From Octopus sinensis (lineage: Eukaryota): 31,569 nucleotides of DNA. The position numbers and the translations under genes were made by a program. This document shows, piece after piece, positions 23,482 to 31,569 of the stretch (positions are counted from its first letter, which is position 1; every line of letters starts with the position of its first letter). The notes below the pieces were generated by a model. That model ran no database searches and was not told where the DNA came from. It saw nothing but the letters and a program-made list of their open reading frames with translations. Location: positions 1-31,569 of the forward strand of contig NW_021832219.1 in the NCBI RefSeq assembly GCF_006345805.1, read 5' to 3'.

Positions 23482-23593
23482 GGTCAGCCCGAGCCTATAG
23501 TAGAAAACACTTGCAAAAGGTACCATGCAGTGGGACTGAACCTGGAATCATGTAGTTGGTAAGCAAGATACTTACCATACAGGCACTACTGCA
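23482..23593 (-). mobile_element. 5' fragment of SINE family A
   Basis: Matches 3529-3640. Confidence 0.8.
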
Positions 23594-23999
23594 GATTTAT
23601 ATATATATATATTTGAAAACCAGTGGACGTATTCCACTGAACATAGGTAAATAAACCTTCGAACAGACGGTCAGCAGCGACGCCTGTTAGGTTCGGCTAC
23701 TCTACATTGAAAAGGGGCAAAATAACCCGAACCTAGTCTGTGGTTGTTGAACCAGCAAGCGGAAGGTGCTGACCTCCCCTGTTCGAATGTCGTAATGGAA
23801 GTTTGTAATGTGTGACATAGCTAGCTAGAGACGATGGACTCTTGGCTCTAATCAACGGCAGCATTCGTCCAATTTTCCAAGACTGCCATGTTATTTCGGC
23901 GATAACTATTAACATCCAGTACTTTTGCTGTAGTCTCCTTTAGAGAGATTTAGAAATATATATAATATATATATATATAAATAATATACATATATATAT

Positions 24000-24051
<52 letters not shown>

Positions 24052-24086
24052 ATATATAATATATATATAATTTTTACATTATATAT

Positions 24087-24618
24087 AAGGGCTTAGTAAA
24101 ATAAATTACTTTGCCACATACTGAACTCATTAGAAATGGCAGCTAAAATTTCTTCAGCTATTTCTAATACTTAAAGAAGATCTCTCTCAGATAGTGTTTG
24201 CCTAAACCAACTCGCAAAAGTATGGGGGAAAAAACATAAAAAATCGAGTGCAAAGGTTATTTGAGAACGTACGTTTCTAGATTAGTCAATTCGACATTTC
24301 TTTCTTCAGCTCAGAATTCCTGAATTGACTAATCTAGAAACGTACGTTCTCAAATAACCTTTGCACTTGATTTTTTAATGTTTTTCCCCCATACTTTTGT
24401 GAGTTGGTTTAGGCAAACACTATCTGAGAGAGATCTTCTTTAAGTATTAGAAATAGCTGATAGCTGCTTTTCTAATGAGTTCAGTATGTGGCCAAGTAAT
24501 TTATTTTACTAAGCCCTTATATATATATAATATTTTGAATTCGCCTATAATGGTCCCTTTACATACTGAATACTTGGTGAAATTGATTAATAATTAATTA
24601 ATTTTACCCCAATTGTTG

Positions 24619-24625
<7 letters not shown>
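24087..24625. mobile_element. Foldback element: inverted PLE-like pseudo-LTR pair
   Basis: Arms 24087-24292 and 24322-24518 are near-perfect inverted repeats; hammerhead at the centre; right arm continues ~100 nt to (TA)n. Confidence 0.75.
24262..24313 (-). ncRNA. Type I hammerhead ribozyme-like motif at foldback centre
   Basis: TGAG-CTGAAGA-[weak stem II: AGA/TCT, GTC/GAC]-GAAA-CGTACG-TT-CTCA; stem I TGAG/CTCA, palindromic stem III. Confidence 0.7.
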
Positions 24626-24675
<50 letters not shown>

Positions 24676-24754
24676 ATATATATATATATATATATATAAA
24701 TGAATATACATATATATATATTATATATATATATATATATGTATGTATATTCAT

Positions 24755-24801
<47 letters not shown>

Positions 24802-24839
24802 TATACTATATAATATATATATATATATATATATAATGA

Positions 24840-24872
<33 letters not shown>

Positions 24873-24894
24873 GATGTATGTATATTCATTTATG

Positions 24895-24931
<37 letters not shown>

Positions 24932-24951
24932 ATATATATATATATATATAT
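24624..24951. repeat. Interrupted (TA)n tract; similar tracts at 8100-8168, 13688-13796, 23957-24070, 25295-25548, 27690-27746, 29810-29945, 30167-30280, 31100-31217
   Basis: Direct reading. Confidence 0.95.
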
Positions 24952-25294
24952 AAATGGGTAAAGACCCCCTTCGTCATGAGTGACCATGGGATTGCACCTA
25001 GAAAGTTACCCTCCTAGACACAAGTCCGGGCAAGGTTGTTTATGGAAGACCAGCAGTCGCCATGCATACCAGCCTCCCCTCTCACGCCACCAGTGTTATC
25101 CAAGGGAAAGACAAAGGTCGATACAGCTTGGCACCTGTGACGTCGCAACTCATTTCTACAGCTGAGTGAACTGGAGCAACGTGAAATAAAGTGCCTTGCT
25201 CAAGAACACAACACGCAACCCGATCCGGGATTCGAGCTCACAACCTCACGATCGTAAGCTCGACGCTCTAACCACTGAGGCATGCGCCTTCACC
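24952..25294 (-). mobile_element. tRNA-derived SINE family D (CORE-like centre)
   Basis: Minus strand: tRNA-like head (CAGTGGTTAGAGCG...GCTCGAATCCC), TGTGTTCTTGAGCAAGGCACTT; second copy at 29487. Confidence 0.85.
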
Positions 25295-25400
25295 ATATAT
25301 ATATATATATAATATATATATATATATATGTATATAATATATGTATATATATACATGTATACATATATTGTATGTAATATTAATATATATATATAATATA

Positions 25401-25431
<31 letters not shown>

Positions 25432-25458
25432 GTATATATACATGTATACATATATATG

Positions 25459-25504
<46 letters not shown>

Positions 25505-25505
25505 A

Positions 25506-25552
<47 letters not shown>

Positions 25553-25790
25553 TACGTGTGTAATGCACATGTGTAAGTGCCAACACTTGTGTATATATTG
25601 TCTTCTTGTCAATATTTTCATTGTTTGTCATCGGAATGCATTTTCCAAAAGTTTATATATCTTCTTTCCACATCCGTTTCGCTCCTCTACCGATATATTT
25701 CCATTTTCCAAAAAATTATATACATCAGTTACTAAGAGTGAGTTAATAATTTTCAGAGTATTGATTAACAAATATTAGATCTATAATTAC

Positions 25791-26094
25791 TGACGACCCC
25801 TCTTTTCCCTTTATCTTGCTTGTTTAGGCTCAAATAAGGCCATCTGCGATCCAGATAAATTCTGGATTTCATTTGCCCGATGTGTCACTGTTATATCGCA
25901 GGTTCGGATGACGTGCATTCGCCAATAACGTACCTCTTCTCAACTACCGAACTCTCACTTCCGATCACTCGACTCAACGGATCTCGACACCTGGTCTACC
26001 GATAGCTCCGGCTCGCTCTACACGACGCTTCTACGACTAGCTATCACGTCCACTATACGTATTGGACTAGCCTATTTATCGTCTGGGGGCGTCA
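25791..26094. mobile_element. Possible solo LTR
   Basis: TG...CA ends with short inverted repeat TGACGACCCC / GGGGCGTCA; GC-richer than flanks; no clear TSD. Confidence 0.45.
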
Positions 26095-26197
26095 CGCCGT
26101 TAGGAAGCGGTCTCATTAAAGAAACTGCGCCAGTGTCTATAAGTGTGTGTATGTGTGCGCGCGTAGTGTCTATGTGTGTATGTGTGTGAGTGCAAGT

Positions 26198-26580
26198 GGA
26201 AGCACTCCGTCGGTTACGACGACGAGGGTTCCGCTTGATCCGAATCAACGGAACAGCCTGCTTGTGAAATTAACGTGTAAGTGGCTGAGCACTCCACAGA
26301 CACGTGTACCCTTAACGTAGTTCTCGGGGATATTCAGCGTGACACAGAGTGACAAGGCCGGCCTCTTGAAATACAGGTACAACAGAAACAGGAAGTAAGA
26401 GTAAGAGAAAGTTGTGGTGAAAGAGTACAGCAGGGATCACCACCATCCCCTGCCGGAGCCTCGTGGAGCTTTTAGGTGTTTTCGCTCAATAAACACTCAC
26501 AATGCCCGGTCTGGGAATCGAAACCGCGAACCTATGACCGCGAGTCCGCTGCCCTAACCACTGGGCCATTGCGCCACCAC
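26198..26580 (-). mobile_element. SINE family C, full length
   Basis: 12-bp TSD GTGAGTGCAAGT (26186-26197, 26581-26592); A-box TGGCCCAGTGG, B-box GTTTCGATTCC. Confidence 0.92.
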
Positions 26581-26704
26581 GTGAGTGCAAGTATAGTAGT
26601 GAAGACATTTCCAACGATTGTCTAAGCAAATATTTTGAACAGGGAGCGGATTTTCTTGAGTGGACCTTAAACAGTAAACAACACATATACTACACATAAA
26701 TTTA

Positions 26705-26909
26705 TATTTCTTTACTACCCACAAGGGTCTAAGCACAGAGGGGACAAACAAGGACAGGAAAACGGATTAAGTCGATTACATCGACCCCAGTGCCGTGACT
26801 GGTACTTTATTTATCGACCCCGACAGGATGAAAGGCAAAGTCGACCTCGGCGGAATTTGGACTCGGAACGTAACGACAGACGAAATACGGCTACGCATTT
26901 CGCCCGGCG
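26705..26909 (-). mobile_element. SINE family B, 5'-truncated
   Basis: Reverse complement of 4906-5109. Confidence 0.88.
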
Positions 26910-27059
26910 GAATATAAGTGAATGGAGTGCCATCTACTTAGCAAGTTTAAATTTGAACAACAAACCATTTGTAGACTATGCATACGTATAACCGCTGGAA
27001 GAGCATAGATGAACGATAAGGTATGGCACATGAATGATTTGAATAATGGAGTGACAGTG

Positions 27060-27522
27060 ACATACCTACATACATACATGCATACATACATACATACATA
27101 TATACATGTATACATGCATCCATGCATACATACATACCAACATACATACATACATACATACAAGCATGGATGTATACATACATGCAAATATACATATATA
27201 GATACATGCATACATGCATACATACATACATACATACATACATACATACATACATACATACAAACGTACATGCATACATCACATACAAACATACATGCAT
27301 ACATACATACATACACACAAACATACATACATTCATGCATACATACATACAAACATACATACATACATAGATACATACATACATACATACATACATACAT
27401 AAATGCATACATACATACGTACATACATACATACATACGTACATTCATGCACACATACATACATACATACATACATACATACATACATACATACATACAT
27501 ACATACATACATACATACATAC
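27060..27522. repeat. (CATA)n microsatellite
   Basis: Direct reading. Confidence 0.95.
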
Positions 27523-27682
27523 AGATATGTTTATGTATTTCCTCCTTAAAGAAGGACAAATAATCCATCAAATTTAGATATAACCTCTCCCTTATATATT
27601 CCCCACACAACAAGTTTAATGAATATCTGAATTAAATCAATGTCCATTCTAACCACCACAGAGCCTTTTTAAATACCGTATT

Positions 27683-27746
<64 letters not shown>

Positions 27747-27747
<1 letters not shown>

Positions 27748-28034
27748 TAGCAGTATCGCCCGGCGTTGCTCGGGCTTGTAAGGGAAATAACTATGTAAGC
27801 ATTTTTAGAGAGTTATAGCCCAAAAATAGCAAAAAAAATGCATTAAAATGGAAAAATGATGGTAATTTTTTTTAAATCGTAGACTCATTGTAGACGCGCG
27901 CTAATACCCAGAAGGTCTCGATATGAATCACGACTATAAGATACCCGCTTTTAGTTAAACTGCACCGCAAAATGTGGGAGTAGTTAGGAATCTAAATCGT
28001 AGGAGACAGACACACAACCTCTCTTTTATATATA

Positions 28035-28037
<3 letters not shown>
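27747..28037 (-). mobile_element. Non-autonomous Helitron-like element
   Basis: Same family as 13797-14191 without the internal duplication; 3' hairpin + CTAG. Confidence 0.75.
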
Positions 28038-28093
<56 letters not shown>

Positions 28094-28245
28094 TTAATGG
28101 ATGAATGAATTATCCTTTGTTTACCGCTAACACGGAAAATTCAATAAACAGTTACCAGGGTAGCAAAATTCACGCAAGTAACAAGGATGTAGCGACCTAT
28201 TCAAAGGTAGGAACTCCGGCTTAATGTGCAGTAATTTGTGTAGTA

Positions 28246-28601
28246 TCTCTCTATATATAAACGGCAGTTTGTCTGTGCGTGTTTCTGTGTGTCTGTTTGC
28301 TTGTACCGTCACCCTGACCACGGCTTTCAACCGATTCTGATGAAACTTGACACACACATAGCCCAATGTCATAATTCAAAACTAACGCAGCCAAAATTTT
28401 GAAAAGTTTCCCCAGTTCTGAAAAAAATCGACAAATTCGACATGGGGTCGAGAATCAGAAACACGAACCACAAACTGTCTAGGGGATGCAACTTACCATC
28501 ATTTTTTTCCATTTTTTTGCTATTTTTTGGCTATAACTCTCTAAAAATGCTTTATAGTTATTTCCCTTACAAACCTGAGCAACGCCGGGCGATACTGCTA
28601 G
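28246..28601 (+). mobile_element. Non-autonomous Helitron-like element, different 5' part
   Basis: A|TC start, CTAG|T end, subterminal hairpin; last ~108 nt shared with the other two Helitrons. Confidence 0.8.
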
Positions 28602-28781
28602 TAAGGAAATAAATGGAGTTGAGCGCAGATACTATCGAAAAATTCTTTTGCCTTTATCGGTCGTCCCTGTTTCATCTACTCCTCGTTCGAGGGTCTGTTA
28701 AGTCAAGGTGATAGAAAAATTATCATGAACGCTAGGAGGACGAGCTTATGAGAGGAGATATGTATGTATGTATGCATGTAT

Positions 28782-28820
<39 letters not shown>

Positions 28821-28889
28821 CATACATATAAATTTTTACACACACACATATATACATATATATGTATATATATATATGTGTGTGTGTGT

Positions 28890-29109
28890 ACTCTTTACTC
28901 TTTTACTCTTTTACGTGTTTCAGTCATGTGACCGTGGCCATGCTGGAGCACCGCATTTAGTCGATCAAATCGACCCCAGGACTTATTCTTTGTAAGCCTA
29001 GTACTTATTTTATGTGTCGCTTTTTTGCCGAACCGCTAAGTTACGGTTGTCAAGCGATGTTGGGGGGACAAACACAGACAAACACGCACACACACATATA
29101 TATATATAT

Positions 29110-29166
<57 letters not shown>

Positions 29167-29334
29167 TATACGACGGGCTTCTTTCAGTTTCCGTCTACCA
29201 AATCCACTCACAAGGCATTGGTCGGCCCGAGGCTATAGTAGAAGACACTAACCCAATGTGTCACGCAGTGGGACTGAACCCTGAACCATGTGGTTCGTAA
29301 GCGAGCTACTTACCACACAGCCACTCCTACGCCT
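28890..29334 (-). mobile_element. SINE family A with expanded internal (TA)n
   Basis: Matches 3272-3644, including the same internal deletion. Confidence 0.9.
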
Positions 29335-29370
29335 ATATATGTATGTATATACGCACACACACACACACAC

Positions 29371-29451
<81 letters not shown>

Positions 29452-29486
29452 TATATTATATATATATATAAGGTGGCGCTTTTCTA

Positions 29487-29778
29487 TCATGAATGACCAT
29501 GGTATTGCACCTAGAAAGTTACCCACCAGGGCACAAGTCCGGGCAAGGTTGTTTATAGAAGACAAGCAGCAACCCATTCATTCCAGGCTCCCCTCTACAC
29601 GCCAGCGATGTTATCGAAGGGATGGGCAAAGGGGCCGATACAGCTTGGCACCTGTGACATCGCAGCTGATTTCTACAGCTGAGTGAACTGGAGCAACGTG
29701 AAATAAGGTGTCTTGCTCAATAGCACAACACGCAGCCCGGTCCAGGAATCGAACTCACAACCTCACGATCGTAAGCTC
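29487..29778 (-). mobile_element. SINE family D, 5'-truncated
   Basis: Homologous to 24975-25261. Confidence 0.85.
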
Positions 29779-29843
29779 TGTATATATAGTAGACATTCAA
29801 CATAGAAACATATACATATATATATATATGTATATATATATAT

Positions 29844-29948
<105 letters not shown>

Positions 29949-29950
29949 AG

Positions 29951-30165
29951 GATCGTCAGCACGCCGGGCGAAATGTGTAACCGTACTTCGTCTGTCGTTA
30001 CGTTCTGAGTTCAAATTCCGCCGAGGTCGACTTTGCCTTTCATCCTTTCGGGGTTGGTAAATTAAATACCAGTTACGCACTGGGGACGATATAATCAACT
30101 TAATACCTTTGTCTGTCCTTGTTTGTCCCCTCTGTGTTTTGTCCCTCGTGGGTAGTAAAGAAATA
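29951..30165 (+). mobile_element. SINE family B
   Basis: Homologous to 4895-5109. Confidence 0.88.
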
Positions 30166-30228
<63 letters not shown>

Positions 30229-30281
30229 TATATATATATATATATATAAAGAAATAGGTATAAATATATATATATATATAT

Positions 30282-30601
30282 TTATAAAATTGAATAAGGG
30301 TAGAAATTGATATTAATCAATTAAAACCAGTCGCCTAGTATATTAAAGAATCCGTCGATTAAAATATTTTTACATACAAAATTTAAAGGACTGACCACTA
30401 AAAGTGGACGGTCAATATGCTAGATATAGACGTCAAAATTGTTATTATTTCGTATATCTTCATTTGTCTTGCTTATTTTTTACACTTTGGTTTGTGATGA
30501 GTTTTTACTTGAGAACACATTCTTCGAGGAAAATAGCGATTTTGACGTCTATATCTAGCATATTGACCGTCCACTTTTAGTGGTCGGTTCTTTCAATTTT
30601 G

Positions 30602-30604
<3 letters not shown>
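30282..30604. mobile_element. Foldback element in (TA)n, probable inverted PLE-like terminus
   Basis: ~66-bp inverted arms 30374-30439 / 30539-30604; left extension resembles the reverse complement of 24530-24625. Confidence 0.6.
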
Positions 30605-30668
<64 letters not shown>

Positions 30669-31065
30669 TGCCTGTTCGTCTATCTCTCTAACTTTCTATA
30701 TTAAATGTCTACTTAACTACTGTTTTCCAAGTGGTTTTGTTGTCAAGTAGTTCACTCCTGGAACCGTTGTACATATATTGCTGTTTAAAACGGAACTTCT
30801 CAAGTGTTTGCTACATATTTAAGTAATTGATGCAGGTGTCTTATGTCAGATGCCAGTTGATGGTTGCAAACAAAATTCCGGCAAACAGCAGAGTGGGTAG
30901 CGCAAGTCGAAGACTTAACTCATGGGAGAGAGGATGAGATAATTCCGACTTTCTTTCTCTCTCTCACACTCCGTCTGTCTCTCTGTGTTGGGCTCTCTCT
31001 CTATCTATCTATCTATCTATCTGTCTTTCTGTCTGTCTCTCTCTCTCTCTTTCTGTCTCTATGGA

Positions 31066-31569
<504 letters not shown>

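Noticed and set aside
24594-27613. Long ORFs rich in YI, MYVC or HTYI (also 13110-13925, 14636-14972, 29012-31409)
   Set aside because: Translations of (TA)n, (TG)n and (CATA)n microsatellites that lack stop codons.
30493-30535. GTGATGAG in the foldback spacer as a hammerhead core
   Set aside because: No GAAA directly after a stem II and no stem I partner.

Overview
AT-rich, repeat-dominated animal DNA; the SINE repertoire and (TA)n/(CATA)n density suggest an octopus or other cephalopod (inference). One host gene is visible and the ORF track misses it: four minus-strand exons of an adhesion GPCR (GAIN end, GPS motif CTCNHL/TSFAMLM, TM1, TM2), with a 1-bp frameshift in the TM2 exon. The rest is mobile DNA: a degenerate Penelope-like element (PLE; RT + GIY-YIG, Hydra-type Cys motifs) ending in a hammerhead ribozyme; a near-full-length Tx1/L1-clade LINE and an R4/Dong-like LINE fragment sharing one (AAT)n tract; at least five tRNA-derived SINE families; three non-autonomous Helitrons; three MITEs; and a possible solo LTR. 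The most unusual signal is a set of four different PLE-type type I hammerhead motifs. One sits in the 3' end of a tRNA-headed SINE-like element (candidate PLE-mobilised ribozyme SINE), one at the centre of a ~430-bp foldback, one has an ~70-nt insert in stem II, and one is ultra-minimal. A MITE also appears to have captured the interior of a neighbouring unrelated MITE. All calls are by eye; no searches were run.
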